DNA of 64,000 bases from an uncultured Pelagibacteraceae bacterium (GCA_902596915.1 CACJVQ010000004.1:8077-72076), one strand, 5' to 3'. Positions 19,470-30,765 are shown, numbered from the stretch's first letter. The notes: a model not told the origin generated them from the letters alone. A program made the numbers and translations.

Positions 19470-20469
19470 TAAAAAAGTAGTTCGTTTCATGATTAATAGA
19501 AATGATGGTGCAAGTGAATATGATATTCAAATAGATAATGCTCTTAATGATTGGTTAAATAAAATTTCTTATTCTGTAAAAGATATTAAAGACTATAAAT
19601 CATTTCCTCGTTTTTTAGCTCTTATTATTTTTTGGCTTCGTTCACAGTATATGTTGTTTTTTGGAAATATTGATATTGCTATTGTATCTCCATGGATGAT
19701 GTTTTTTTATCCCAAGCATGTTTCTATAATTTGTATATCACACCACTATGACCCATCAGTTTTCAAGGGAATAAGACGAATGTATGTAAATTTATCACAC
19801 TGGCTTTTTATTTTTCAGCATTCCAGAGTAGATCTGGTTGTTTCTTGCTCAAAATATTGGAGCAAATACTACAAAGAAAGAGGTTTTAAAAAAACAATAA
19901 CAATATTTAATGGTTTTGATATTGAAAGTATGGACAAGTCTTTAGTTGTACAAAGTAGTAATTTGGTTTTAAGGCGATTCAATTTAATCAGTAAACAATA
20001 CTTACATCTAGGCAGCTTTGGTCCTGCAAAAGGTCAAAAGACTGCAATAAGGCTCCTCAAAAATACTGGGCTTCCAATGATTGCAACAAGCCCTTCTAGA
20101 GAAATTACGAGAAATAATTTAAAAGACATTCAATTAATTAATGTAACTTTTGAAGAATATAATGTTTTATTAAAAAACGCCAAAGCAACAATATGTATGT
20201 CTGAGTTTAAAGAGGGGTGGTGTCGTGTGTTGCATGAGGCTGCTATTCATGGCACTCCAATTTTAGGTTCGGGACTTGGAGGAATGAAAGAGTTACTTGA
20301 GATAGGAGGTTTTGCAGCTTCTACAACTGAAATATTGGAGGAAGATTTAAAAACTCGTACTAAAGAAGATTATGTTTCAAAAGATAAAGTGAAACTTTAC
20401 AGAGAGTTTACTTTAGAAAAATTCTATGAAGCATGGCGATTTTGCGTGCTTGATTTATTAGATGTATAA
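19456..20469 (+). CDS. GT-B glycosyltransferase (GT4-like)
   Basis: EGWCRVLHEAAIHGTPILGS..GGMKE. Confidence 0.75.
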   Translation: MMSSNKKVVRFMINRNDGASEYDIQIDNALNDWLNKISYSVKDIKDYKSFPRFLALIIFWLRSQYMLFFGNIDIAIVSPWMMFFYPKHVSIICISHHYDPSVFKGIRRMYVNLSHWLFIFQHSRVDLVVSCSKYWSKYYKERGFKKTITIFNGFDIESMDKSLVVQSSNLVLRRFNLISKQYLHLGSFGPAKGQKTAIRLLKNTGLPMIATSPSREITRNNLKDIQLINVTFEEYNVLLKNAKATICMSEFKEGWCRVLHEAAIHGTPILGSGLGGMKELLEIGGFAASTTEILEEDLKTRTKEDYVSKDKVKLYREFTLEKFYEAWRFCVLDLLDV

Positions 20470-21487
20470 AGGAATAACTTATAAATTTACGACTAAACTA
20501 TCAGGTATTAGTATACTAATTATATCATCTCTATTTGCTTTGTTGATTGGTTTTGGATTATATGGATATGGCATGGATTACTATGGTGCTTATTCCAAAG
20601 GATTTGAATGGAACAATGTACGAATAGAATTTTTTACTTATCTAGGTTTTAAAATTGCAACTCTCACTATATTGGGTGTTCATATTGGTGTTTATGTTAC
20701 AACCTTTATTGTTTCGTTATCGACAGGTTTTTTAATAAGAGATTACATGCAATCTAAGCAAAGTTTTTCTTTAATTTTTTTTTTAATACTCTTCGTTATC
20801 ACTATTCACACATGGCCTATTATAATGTCTACAAGTAACGCAATGAGACAAGGCTTGGCCATGTCATTTATATTTTTTACTTTAATTTGTAGTATTCAAA
20901 AAAAATACTTTTGGATGGTTCTGTTTTCCTTTTTTGCTATCACATCCCATAAAACTGGCTTACTTTTTGTGATGATAATCATTTTTGCCACAATATTAAA
21001 TAAACTACTTGCAAATTTTTCTCATAATAAAAAGGTTATATTTAACTTCTTAATTGGCACATTGCTATTAATCAGCACTTATTATTTTTTAAATATTTTC
21101 ATTTTGCCTGATAATTTTGAACCTTCCAGAATAATTTCAGGAGATTATAGGGGACCTTTTGTCTTAATTGCTTTCATTTATGTGATCATTTCAATTTTTT
21201 ATAAAAGTATATTGGACAATTCAATTAATTTAAGCTTATATTATTTTGGTTTTATTTCACTTGGAATTTTAATGAACGGTCTTAATTGGCAGTATGAAAG
21301 GTTGGTTATGATGATGATTATTCCATATATTCTTTCTTTTGGGACAATATTCAATAGATCTTCTTATAAGCTTTACTTAATTTCAGCTATTTTATTATTA
21401 TTTTTTTTAACAATCTACGCTGGTATTTATAAAAATGGACTTTTTTACCCAGACGATATCTTCATTCAGTCAATTATAAACTCATAG
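20462..21487 (+). CDS. EpsG/Wzy-like polysaccharide polymerase
   Basis: Multi-TM; DY..Y, NAMRQGLA, SHKTG, ERL motifs of EpsG family. Confidence 0.7.
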   Translation: MYKGITYKFTTKLSGISILIISSLFALLIGFGLYGYGMDYYGAYSKGFEWNNVRIEFFTYLGFKIATLTILGVHIGVYVTTFIVSLSTGFLIRDYMQSKQSFSLIFFLILFVITIHTWPIIMSTSNAMRQGLAMSFIFFTLICSIQKKYFWMVLFSFFAITSHKTGLLFVMIIIFATILNKLLANFSHNKKVIFNFLIGTLLLISTYYFLNIFILPDNFEPSRIISGDYRGPFVLIAFIYVIISIFYKSILDNSINLSLYYFGFISLGILMNGLNWQYERLVMMMIIPYILSFGTIFNRSSYKLYLISAILLLFFLTIYAGIYKNGLFYPDDIFIQSIINS

Positions 21488-21603
21488 AAATATATATTTT
21501 AAAGATATTATTGATTTTGATTCAAATTTTAACTGATGTAGAAAAGGTAATATAAAATATATTATTGTTTTTACGGTTTATCTAGTTATTTAATAGGTTT
21601 GAA

Positions 21604-22875
21604 ATGAACTCAAATAATACAAATATTTGTTTGATCGGACTAGGTTATGTAGGGCTTCCGTTAGCAGTAGCTTTTGCTGAGAAATTTAAAGTAGTTGGCT
21701 TTGACATAGATGAATCTCGAATTAGAGACCTTAAAGACGGTATTGATAAAACACTTGAGGTTGAGAGTAATTTACTAGAATCCGTTAAGTCAAATATTAG
21801 TTACACATCTAATATTCAAGATACAAAGAATTGTAATATTTATATTGTTACGGTACCTACGCCTATTGATAAAGTGAATCGTCCTGATCTAACTCCTTTA
21901 TTGGAGGCATCCAAGACTGTTGGAAGTGTTTTAAAAAAGAATGACATAGTTATTTTTGAATCTACTGTATATCCAGGTGTAACAAGAGATTGTTGTGTGC
22001 CTGAATTAGAAAAATCCTCAAGTTTAATTTTTAACAAAGATTTTTTTTGTGGTTATTCTCCAGAAAGAGTTAGTCCTGGTGACAAAGAGCATACAGTTAA
22101 AAAAATTCCTAAAGTAACTTCTGGATCTACTCCAGAAATTGCCAAAAAGGTTGATCAACTTTATAAAGAAATTATTATTGCTGGTACATACCTCGCACCT
22201 AATATAGAAGTCGCTGAAGCTTCTAAAGCTATTGAAAATACCCAGCGCGATGTAAATATCGCCCTAATTAATGAATTAGCTCTAATTTTTGATCATTTAG
22301 GCATTGATACTAATGAGGTGATTGAGGCGGCTGCTAGTAAGTGGAATTTTATTAAATTTTCTCCTGGTTTAGTAGGAGGTCACTGTATTGGTGTTGACCC
22401 TTATTATCTAACTTTTAAAGCTAAAGAGATGGGATACAAACCAAATTTAATTTTAGCTGCTAGACAAATTAATAATGGTATGGGTAAATATATTGCTGAT
22501 AAGACCATTAAAGAAATGATAAAAGTAGGAAAAGTTTTAAAAGATTCAAATATTTTAATTCTAGGTTTAACTTTTAAAGAAAATTGTCCAGATATACGTA
22601 ATAGTAGAGTCTTTGACATTATTAGTGAATTAGAGGATTTTGGTGCTAATGTTGATGTTTATGATCCTTGGATAGACTCATTAAAAAAAAATTCTAATCA
22701 CAGACTCATCATGGACCCTTTAAAGTCAAATAAAAAATACGATGCTATAATTGTAGCTGTTAAGCATAATCAATTCAAGAAATATACATCTAAAGATTAT
22801 TCTCGTTTATCTAGAGATGAAGAAGTAATTATTGATATTAAAAATATTACTAAAAATCCAACTTGGAGACTATAA
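21604..22875 (+). CDS. UDP-N-acetylhexosamine 6-dehydrogenase (TviB/WbpO family)
   Basis: GLGYVGLP, VPTP, ESTVYPG, YSPER, ENTQRDVNIA, GGHCIGVDPYY, FKENCPD. Confidence 0.9.
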   Translation: MNSNNTNICLIGLGYVGLPLAVAFAEKFKVVGFDIDESRIRDLKDGIDKTLEVESNLLESVKSNISYTSNIQDTKNCNIYIVTVPTPIDKVNRPDLTPLLEASKTVGSVLKKNDIVIFESTVYPGVTRDCCVPELEKSSSLIFNKDFFCGYSPERVSPGDKEHTVKKIPKVTSGSTPEIAKKVDQLYKEIIIAGTYLAPNIEVAEASKAIENTQRDVNIALINELALIFDHLGIDTNEVIEAAASKWNFIKFSPGLVGGHCIGVDPYYLTFKAKEMGYKPNLILAARQINNGMGKYIADKTIKEMIKVGKVLKDSNILILGLTFKENCPDIRNSRVFDIISELEDFGANVDVYDPWIDSLKKNSNHRLIMDPLKSNKKYDAIIVAVKHNQFKKYTSKDYSRLSRDEEVIIDIKNITKNPTWRL

Positions 22876-22928
22876 ATATTCTAAGTGTCATTTAGAGGTG
22901 ATTTGATTTTAAAAAAAAGACTTTAAAA

Positions 22929-24170
22929 ATGAAAATAATTTACTTACATCAATATTTCAAATTTCCAAATGAGTCTGGTGGAACACGCTCCTTTGATTTA
23001 GCAACTAGTTTTCTAGGGTTGGGGTATCATGTTGAAGTAGTTACATTAACTTCTGATATAAATTATAATACAGGTAATCGCTGGTCTAAAATAGAAAAAA
23101 ACGGACTGGTGGTGCATTATACCTACCTCCCTTATGAAAATGATATGTCCTACTACCAGCGTTTAATTGTCTTTTTTAAATTTCTTTGGTTTTCAACACT
23201 AAAAATATTATCTTTAAAAGGCGATATAGTTTTAGCAACCTCTACACCGCTTACTATTGGGGTTCCTGCACTATTAAAAAAATGGTTTCATAAAACACCT
23301 TTTGTTTTTGAAATCCGAGATATTTGGCCTGAAGCTGCAATTGCTATTGGTACAGTGAATAATAAAATTTTACAGAAAATTTTATACTGGTTGGAGTATC
23401 TAATTTATAAACAAGCTATAGCTTTGGTACCACTTTCAGTAGATATGAAACAATCTATAATTACACGTTATCCAAAACTAGTTAAAAAGCCTATCCAAGT
23501 AATAGAAAACATTTCAGAAATTAATCGTTTTCAAAATGGTTATAAGAAAGAAGCATCGATTTTAAAGAAAAAAATTGGTTTTAAGCCTCGCTTTACAATT
23601 TTGTACGCTGGTACTTTTGGCCAGGTTAATGGTATTGATTATGTTATTGAATTAGCAATTAGATTAATTCATGTAGATCCCACCATAGTATTTGTATTAA
23701 TTGGTAATGGAATTGAAAAAAGATTACTAATCAAGAAAGCCAAACATAAAAAAGTTTTAAATAAAAATATTTTTATTCTTGATAGTGTTTCTAAAAAAGA
23801 TTTGCCCCAGCTATATTTTGAATGTGACATGGGAAGCTCTTTCGTTATTCCAGTTAAGAAGCTTTGGGCAAATTCAGCCAATAAATTTTTTGATACTCTT
23901 GCCGCAGGCAAACCAATTTTAATTAATTATAAAGGATGGCAAAAAAATGTAATAATTAAAGAAAATATTGGTTATGTATTACCAGTTGTAATTAATGACA
24001 GTATGGTAAAAGAGTTTGTGTTGTATTCTCAAAATAAATTATTAATTAAATCGCAAAAAGAAAATGCTTTTAACATCGCAAAAAAAAATTATGCAAAGGA
24101 TGTGGCAACATTGAAATATAATTCAATATTTAAACAAATTTTTACAAATGTTAAAAAACAAAACTTATAG
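22929..24170 (+). CDS. GT4 glycosyltransferase (WbuB-like)
   Basis: HQYF..P...GGTR, ATSTPL, EIRDIWPE, YAGTFG, NKFFDTLAAGKP. Confidence 0.85.
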   Translation: MKIIYLHQYFKFPNESGGTRSFDLATSFLGLGYHVEVVTLTSDINYNTGNRWSKIEKNGLVVHYTYLPYENDMSYYQRLIVFFKFLWFSTLKILSLKGDIVLATSTPLTIGVPALLKKWFHKTPFVFEIRDIWPEAAIAIGTVNNKILQKILYWLEYLIYKQAIALVPLSVDMKQSIITRYPKLVKKPIQVIENISEINRFQNGYKKEASILKKKIGFKPRFTILYAGTFGQVNGIDYVIELAIRLIHVDPTIVFVLIGNGIEKRLLIKKAKHKKVLNKNIFILDSVSKKDLPQLYFECDMGSSFVIPVKKLWANSANKFFDTLAAGKPILINYKGWQKNVIIKENIGYVLPVVINDSMVKEFVLYSQNKLLIKSQKENAFNIAKKNYAKDVATLKYNSIFKQIFTNVKKQNL

Positions 24171-24181
24171 TATTTTATAAT

Positions 24182-25342
24182 ATGAATAATAAATTTTCAC
24201 CTTGGCCATCTTTTACAAAAGAAGAGGCCGAAGCTGTTCAAAGTGTTTTGTTATCCAATAAAGTTAATTATTGGACAGGTAATGAATGTAGGAAATTTGA
24301 AAAAGAGTTTTCTGAGTGGTCTAACACAAAATATTCAGTTGCTTTAAGCAATGGAACTGTGGCTCTTGATGTTGCGTTTAAAGCTTTAAATATTGGATAT
24401 GGCGATGAAGTTATTGTTACTTCGCGTTCTTATATTGCCTCAATCTCATCTATTGTAAATTCTGGAGCAAAACCAGTTTTTGCTGATGTGGATTTAAATT
24501 CTCAAAATATTACTTCTGAAAGTATTAGGTTAGTTATGACTGATAAAACTAAAGCAATTGTTTGTGTTCATTTGGCTGGTTGGCCTTGTGAGATGGATGA
24601 AATAATGGCTCTTGCTAACAAGCATGGATATTATGTAATTGAGGATTGTGCCCAAGCACATGGAGCAAATTATAAAGGTAAATCTGTTGGATCGTTTGGG
24701 CATATCGGTTGCTGGAGTTTTTGTCAGGATAAGATAATGACCACAGGTGGAGAAGGTGGAATGGTAACAACAAAAGATGAGTCTTTATGGAGAAAAATGT
24801 GGGCTTATAAAGATCATGGCAAAAGTTATGAGGCTGTTTATGAGCGGGAAAAACCAAAGGGTAATGAGTTTAGATGGTTAAATGAGTCTTTTGGAATTAA
24901 TGGACGTATGACCGAGATGCAAGCTGCAATTGGTCGTATTCAGTTAAAAAAAATGTTCGATTGGCATAAAAAGCGCTTAATTAATGCAAACTATATTTGG
25001 AATGCAGCAAAAAATTGTAAAGGATTAAGAGTGGCTGCTGTTCCTAGTTATATTGAACATGCTGCTTACAAGTGTTATGTTTTTGTTGAGGGTGGAGTTG
25101 AGTTGCGTGATAAAATGATTACGCAGATAAATGAAAAAGGAGTGCCATGCTATACAGGAGCTTGTTCAGAAGTCTATTTAGAAAAGGCATTTGAAAATAC
25201 AGATTTTAGACCAAAAAAAAGACTAGTAAATGCAAAAAGACTTGGAGAAACGAGCTTAATGTTCATGGTTCATCCAACTTTAACTAAAGAAGAAATTCAA
25301 AAAACATGTAATGTTTTAACAGAAGTAGCTCGAGCTAATTAA
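24182..25342 (+). CDS. DegT/DnrJ sugar aminotransferase (PglE/PglC-type, bacillosamine pathway)
   Basis: NYWTG, EDCAQAHG, WSFCQDKIMTTGGEGG. Confidence 0.88.
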   Translation: MNNKFSPWPSFTKEEAEAVQSVLLSNKVNYWTGNECRKFEKEFSEWSNTKYSVALSNGTVALDVAFKALNIGYGDEVIVTSRSYIASISSIVNSGAKPVFADVDLNSQNITSESIRLVMTDKTKAIVCVHLAGWPCEMDEIMALANKHGYYVIEDCAQAHGANYKGKSVGSFGHIGCWSFCQDKIMTTGGEGGMVTTKDESLWRKMWAYKDHGKSYEAVYEREKPKGNEFRWLNESFGINGRMTEMQAAIGRIQLKKMFDWHKKRLINANYIWNAAKNCKGLRVAAVPSYIEHAAYKCYVFVEGGVELRDKMITQINEKGVPCYTGACSEVYLEKAFENTDFRPKKRLVNAKRLGETSLMFMVHPTLTKEEIQKTCNVLTEVARAN

Positions 25343-25349
25343 TATTAAC

Positions 25350-27257
25350 TTAATTATTTATAATATTTTTGTCTAAGAAGATTCTTGCCCAAATCTCAAT
25401 ACAAAGTAACGCAAAAATACTATATGAGGCGTCAGTTTTACCTTTCTTGTCTTCGTTTAATAATCGTGTAACAGCCTTAGCATCAAACCAATTCCTATTA
25501 TTAATTGAAGTTTCGGATAGAGTATCCCAAACTAGTGTTTTTAGTGGTCCATGTATCCAGTTTCTTATAGGCGCACCAAAACCTGTCTTTGGGCGATAAA
25601 TAATATCATCTGGCAAAATTCCCTCCATAGCTTTCTTAAATATCCACTTACCTTCTTTACCGTTCTGTTTGTATTGAACAGGTAACTGGGCAGCAAGCTC
25701 AACTAAATCAGGATCTAATAAAGGCACTCTTACTTCAATTCCTTCTGCCATACTCATTTTATCGGTATAATTAAGATTATGATCTGCTAGATAATGTTTT
25801 TGCTCTAAATAAAGCATCTTGTTTAAAGAAGGCGTATCTTGAGGAATATCGGCTAAAGATTGTTCTAAAGGATTAATAAGTGGTAATTCTGCTCTTAATT
25901 CATCGGATAATAAATTGTTCACAGTATCAGGACTAAGCCAGTTAAAGTAACTAGCAATTCTACTGTCACCATCAAGTTCAGCATACTGAAATGCCTTTGC
26001 GATACGTCTTATACTAATTGGACTATCGGGTAAACGCTTTGCTGTTGCAGACATAAATCTACGAATATTTTTTGGGAAGTATGACCAATACTTTTCCATC
26101 ATTAAAGCCCAATGTCTTCTATAACCACTAAAGATATCATCTCCACCTGCACCCGATAAAAGTACTTTAATTTTATGTTCACGTGCTAAACGAGATATAA
26201 AAAGTGTATTTAGAGCAGCAGGATCTGCTTGTGGTTCATCTAGGTGATAAATCATTTTTGTTAATTCATCGGCCATTTCAGGACCAACGTGCACTGTAAG
26301 TAAATCAACATCAAAATGTTTGGCTACACGTTGTGCATAAGGCAAATCAGTAACTATACCTTCTTTCTTTGATGTTTTATCATCTATTGATATTGTAAAA
26401 CACTTAAGTCTTTCATTACCAACCATATCCTTTGCAAAAGCAGTAATCGCACTAGAGTCTAGACCTCCGGATAGAAATGCACCAACAGGAACATCCGAAA
26501 CCATCTGTCGTTCTACAGCAGTTTTTATAGAATTCCGAACTGCAATTTTTGCATTATTTATTGAAATATTATTAATTTCTTTTGTTAAAGTTGGGGTATA
26601 AAAACGCCATTTTTTATTAACCCTTCCCTCTTGTATTGTCATTGCATAACCAGGCTCAAGCTTCTTAACAGATTTTAACGTTGTTGAAGGCGTAGGCGAC
26701 CATAAATAAGTTATATGTGAAGCAAGTGCTACAGGATTAATCTTGCGAGAAACTGACGACTCTTTCAAAATTGATTTTATCTCGCTAGCAAATATAAAAC
26801 CTTTTGACGTTTCGCTATAATATAGAGGTTTAACTCCCATATTATCTCGGGCTAAAAATAATTGTTTTTTTCTACTATCCCAAATTGCAAAAGCAAAAAT
26901 ACCATTCAATTTATTTAAAATTTCAAAGCCATATTTTAAATAAAGATTAAGAATAACTTCTGTATCTGAGCTTCCTTTAAAATGATAACCATCTGCTACT
27001 AATTCATCGTAAAATTCTTTTGTATTATAAACTTCACCGTTATAAATTATTGATACATCATTATTTTTGTTAAAAAGAGGTTGATGACCCGTCGATGAGA
27101 GATCACGAATTGATAGTCGGCGATGCGCTAGCCCCACACCACAAGCTTTATAATGCCAAACACCTACATCATCAGGTCCTCGATGCGCTTGCGCATGGTT
27201 CATATCATTTAACAATGAAGGTTCAAATGAACCGTAAAATCCTGCAATTCCACACAT
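25350..27257 (-). CDS. asnB: Asparagine synthase-like glutamine amidotransferase (glycan amidation, WbpS-like)
   Basis: MCGIAG, HRGPD, HRRLSI, YNGEVYN, LSGGLDSS, EVRVPLLD. Confidence 0.9.
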   Translation of the reverse strand: MCGIAGFYGSFEPSLLNDMNHAQAHRGPDDVGVWHYKACGVGLAHRRLSIRDLSSTGHQPLFNKNNDVSIIYNGEVYNTKEFYDELVADGYHFKGSSDTEVILNLYLKYGFEILNKLNGIFAFAIWDSRKKQLFLARDNMGVKPLYYSETSKGFIFASEIKSILKESSVSRKINPVALASHITYLWSPTPSTTLKSVKKLEPGYAMTIQEGRVNKKWRFYTPTLTKEINNISINNAKIAVRNSIKTAVERQMVSDVPVGAFLSGGLDSSAITAFAKDMVGNERLKCFTISIDDKTSKKEGIVTDLPYAQRVAKHFDVDLLTVHVGPEMADELTKMIYHLDEPQADPAALNTLFISRLAREHKIKVLLSGAGGDDIFSGYRRHWALMMEKYWSYFPKNIRRFMSATAKRLPDSPISIRRIAKAFQYAELDGDSRIASYFNWLSPDTVNNLLSDELRAELPLINPLEQSLADIPQDTPSLNKMLYLEQKHYLADHNLNYTDKMSMAEGIEVRVPLLDPDLVELAAQLPVQYKQNGKEGKWIFKKAMEGILPDDIIYRPKTGFGAPIRNWIHGPLKTLVWDTLSETSINNRNWFDAKAVTRLLNEDKKGKTDASYSIFALLCIEIWARIFLDKNIINN

Positions 27258-27574
27258 GGTATTTCTTATCTTACTATCTTTATTATAAATTCACACATTT
27301 ATTTTAAAAAACACTACACGTTGCAAGATAAATTTAAAATATATGGACCAGAGAGTTTTTTCTAAGAATAGTGAAATGTTTGGAAATACTACATTCGGTT
27401 AATCAATTAAAGCTCAAGACCAAACGGTTTAAAAATATATCATGACTAGACTTAGAAGTTTCAATTTATTAAGATATATTTATGATAACAAAATTTAAAT
27501 CTTAATTACTTAGAATAAAAAGTATATGCCTCTAGTTCATTATAAAAAAAATTTTAAATAAATATCTTAAATTT

Positions 27575-28153
27575 ATGTATCAAAAATATTTAAAAAGATT
27601 ATTTGATATAAGTTTTAGCCTCAGCTTAATTATTTTTTTATTTCCAATTATGATTTTTATTTTTTTTTTGGTATGGATTAATATAGGATTTCCAATTTTT
27701 AAGCAAAAAAGACCAGGCTTAAAAAGTAAAATTTTTACATTATATAAATTTAAAACTTTATACGATGCTTCCGTACATGTTTCTCAAAAGAAAAGACAGA
27801 ATAAAGTAGGTAATTTTTTGAGAAAAACAGGTCTAGATGAATTACCACAATTATTCAACGTATTAGAAAATGATATGAGCTTAGTAGGTCCTAGACCTTT
27901 ATTGGTAGAATATTTAAAAAAATATACAAATTATGAAAAAAAAAGGCATTTAGTTAAACCAGGAATTACAGGTTTGGCACAAGTTAATCCAGATTCATCA
28001 GGGGTAAAATCGTGGAAAAAAAGTATAAAATTAGATATCTATTATTCAACAAATGTCAGTTTTTTTTTAGATGTTCAAATACTTTTTAAAACAATAGAGT
28101 TAATATTATTCAAAAAAAAACAATATAAAGATTTTAAAAAATTTTATGAATAA
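27575..28153 (+). CDS. Undecaprenyl-phosphate sugar phosphotransferase (PglC-type)
   Basis: KRLFDI, FKQKRPG, YKFKT, LDELPQL, MSLVGPRP, PGITGLAQV. Confidence 0.9.
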   Translation: MYQKYLKRLFDISFSLSLIIFLFPIMIFIFFLVWINIGFPIFKQKRPGLKSKIFTLYKFKTLYDASVHVSQKKRQNKVGNFLRKTGLDELPQLFNVLENDMSLVGPRPLLVEYLKKYTNYEKKRHLVKPGITGLAQVNPDSSGVKSWKKSIKLDIYYSTNVSFFLDVQILFKTIELILFKKKQYKDFKKFYE

Positions 28154-28745
28154 AAGATTAGCAATTATTGGAGCTGGTGGTCATGGTAAAGTTGTTGGAG
28201 AAATTGCTTTGTTAAACAAATATGCGGTGATTGATTTTTTTGACGATCGATCAAACGAAATTAAAGAATTCTCATTTACTATTAAGGGAACATTAGATTT
28301 TTTAAAAAATAATAAAAAAAATTATGATGATTTCTTTGTTGCAATAGGTGATAACCAGATAAGAAGTGATAAGATAAAATGGTTGAAAAAATATAAAATG
28401 AATATTGTTAGTTTGGTACACCCAAAATCAACCATTAGCAAATTCAGTTCCCTCGGAATAGGGACTTGTGTTATGGCTAATGCTGTAGTTAATCCCGGAA
28501 CATTAGTTAAAGAGGGTGTAATTGTTAATACTTCCACTTCGATTGATCATGATTGTATTATAGAAGATTTCGCACATATTTCTCCGAATTGTTCACTATC
28601 TGGTAGTGTAAAAATTGGAAAATTCACACATCTGGGCACAGCTACATCTGTTCATCCAGGAATTCATATTGGCAAAAATGTAAAGACAGGAATAGGCTCG
28701 AGGATATTTAAAAATGTTTTAAATGACACAACTTTTAAAAATTAA
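28146..28745 (+). CDS. Sugar N/O-acetyltransferase, PglD/NeuD family
   Basis: GAGGHG, AIGDN, HP, DHDC, hexapeptide repeats. Confidence 0.88.
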   Translation: MNKRLAIIGAGGHGKVVGEIALLNKYAVIDFFDDRSNEIKEFSFTIKGTLDFLKNNKKNYDDFFVAIGDNQIRSDKIKWLKKYKMNIVSLVHPKSTISKFSSLGIGTCVMANAVVNPGTLVKEGVIVNTSTSIDHDCIIEDFAHISPNCSLSGSVKIGKFTHLGTATSVHPGIHIGKNVKTGIGSRIFKNVLNDTTFKN

Positions 28746-29778
28746 GAAATTAATTCTTTATTTTTTAATAATAAAGATACTGATCACTCTAGTGTTTTTT
28801 TTTATAATGGAGCCAGTATTTAATCAAAGTGTTTTTAAGTATAATGATTTTGGAAAATATTCGACCCTTAATATTGAAGTAGGAGGGAACATTGGTTATA
28901 GATTGTTGATCTCATTCCTTGGGATCTCCAATATAGGGGAGCCGTTACCAATATTTCTTGCTTTTACTTTAAATATACTTGTTGATATTGGGTGGATTTA
29001 TTTATTATACAAACATCTGAGTTTTAGAGGACTTTTTCTTTTTATCTTGATGCTTGGTCTTCAACCTTATGCTGCTGTATATACATTGAAGTTTACTACA
29101 ATAATATTTGCAAAAATAGCTCTCCTCTTTTTTTGCAGAGAACTTTTTTATGGAGGTTTCAATAAAATTAAGCAAAAAACACTTACACTGGGTGAGTTTT
29201 TATTTTGGACTTTCCTTACTTTTATGAGAACTGCAAATGTATTTAGTGCTGTTCCTTATTTTTTTTTAAAATTAAGAAATCATCCTTTAAAAGCTATATT
29301 GATAATAATTGGCTTTATTTGCATAATGTATCTAGCATCTCCTAATTATGTTGGTGATGCCCATGAAATACCAAATCTACCTTGGAGTTTGAATTATGTT
29401 AAAGAATTATTAGGGATTGAAAACAATTTTATAGCCTTATTGTTTACAGTTGTGTTTAGAGTCCTTCTTTTATTTGGTGCAAGAGAAAAATTATTGGGAG
29501 AGGGAATAGAGCAATTTTTGGTTTGGGGTATTCCAGGACTTGAATTGAGTGTGTATTTATTTCTTGGAGTTGTGCAGCTTGTCGGTTTTTATTTAGCTGT
29601 ACGTTTCTTTTTTCAACAATATGGAGTTGTATCATTAGTCATTCTAATTCCAATTGGTGCGTATATTTTAACATATCCACAACAGAGGTATCTCATTCCA
29701 TTTATACCTATCTGCCTTTTTGGCCTAGCATTAGGATTTGATAATATGGCAAAAAATTTTAAAAAATTAAAATATTAG
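28723..29778 (+). CDS. Polytopic membrane protein (Wzy- or GT-C-like)
   Basis: Many hydrophobic segments; YNDF early loop, QQRYLIP near C-terminus. Confidence 0.5.
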   Translation: MTQLLKIKKLILYFLIIKILITLVFFFIMEPVFNQSVFKYNDFGKYSTLNIEVGGNIGYRLLISFLGISNIGEPLPIFLAFTLNILVDIGWIYLLYKHLSFRGLFLFILMLGLQPYAAVYTLKFTTIIFAKIALLFFCRELFYGGFNKIKQKTLTLGEFLFWTFLTFMRTANVFSAVPYFFLKLRNHPLKAILIIIGFICIMYLASPNYVGDAHEIPNLPWSLNYVKELLGIENNFIALLFTVVFRVLLLFGAREKLLGEGIEQFLVWGIPGLELSVYLFLGVVQLVGFYLAVRFFFQQYGVVSLVILIPIGAYILTYPQQRYLIPFIPICLFGLALGFDNMAKNFKKLKY

Positions 29779-29856
29779 ATAAATTACTGTTTAACCACCA
29801 TACTTTCCTAAGTATTTTTATGGTAGCTAAATTTATTTTAATTATTTACTGCTAAC

Positions 29857-30765
29857 TTAATTATTTTTGTGAATGCCTAAAATAATATCGTATTGAAGTT
29901 TTTTAAAATGATTTGTCTTAACTAGACTTAATTGATACCCAAACAATGAACCTAACATCATACCAAGTAGTCTAGCAATTAGATTATTTCCAAAATCAAA
30001 TCTCTTTTTAATAATGTAAAAATCATAGTTAAGTTGCGACAGGTATTCTATTGTTTCAGAGGACGAATTATTTATCTGCTCAGCTCCCTGTTCAAATAAT
30101 ATCACAGGTCTATTTGAATTTATAATTTTTTCTGCACCTTTTAGAGCATTAAACTCATGTCCTTCCACATCAATTTTAATTAATGAAATACCCTCTTCTT
30201 GAAGAGCTTTTATCTCATCAGCTATTTTAACATCTATATATATTTGTTTGTCATGAGAAGATGTATCGTAATTTGGAGTTTTAATTTTTGTGCCACCAAA
30301 GTTAGTTGAGTCAAATGAACATAATAAACTTTCATTTTTATCACTTAAGCCAAAATTATATGTAACTATATTTTTTTTAGTATTAGAATATTTTGAATTT
30401 AAGGATAGCACATCATAAGTTTTTGGATTTGGTTCAAACGAATGAATTTTTTTGAAAAATTTTGAGAGAAAAACTGAATGATTTCCAATGTTAGCACCTA
30501 TATCAAGAGCTGAAAGATTTTTTGAGTCAGGTAATTTCTCATTTATGAATTTCTCCAACATCTTCAGATGGTCATCTTCATAACGCCCATCAGTGTTTAT
30601 AGATAAACCTATATCGTCAAATGATAATATTACAAGTTGAGGATTAATCTTTATATTTTTTTTAGCAATCTTTCTGTTGATTAAGCTTAAAAGTCTCTTA
30701 AATATTCTTGTTGAGTCATAATAAACTGGCGACTTAATAAGTGTTTTCAATTTTGATTGTTGCAA
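29857..30765 (-). CDS. FkbM family methyltransferase
   Basis: LDIGANIGNHS, SFEPNP, IKIDVEGHE. Confidence 0.88.
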   Translation of the reverse strand: MQQSKLKTLIKSPVYYDSTRIFKRLLSLINRKIAKKNIKINPQLVILSFDDIGLSINTDGRYEDDHLKMLEKFINEKLPDSKNLSALDIGANIGNHSVFLSKFFKKIHSFEPNPKTYDVLSLNSKYSNTKKNIVTYNFGLSDKNESLLCSFDSTNFGGTKIKTPNYDTSSHDKQIYIDVKIADEIKALQEEGISLIKIDVEGHEFNALKGAEKIINSNRPVILFEQGAEQINNSSSETIEYLSQLNYDFYIIKKRFDFGNNLIARLLGMMLGSLFGYQLSLVKTNHFKKLQYDIILGIHKNN

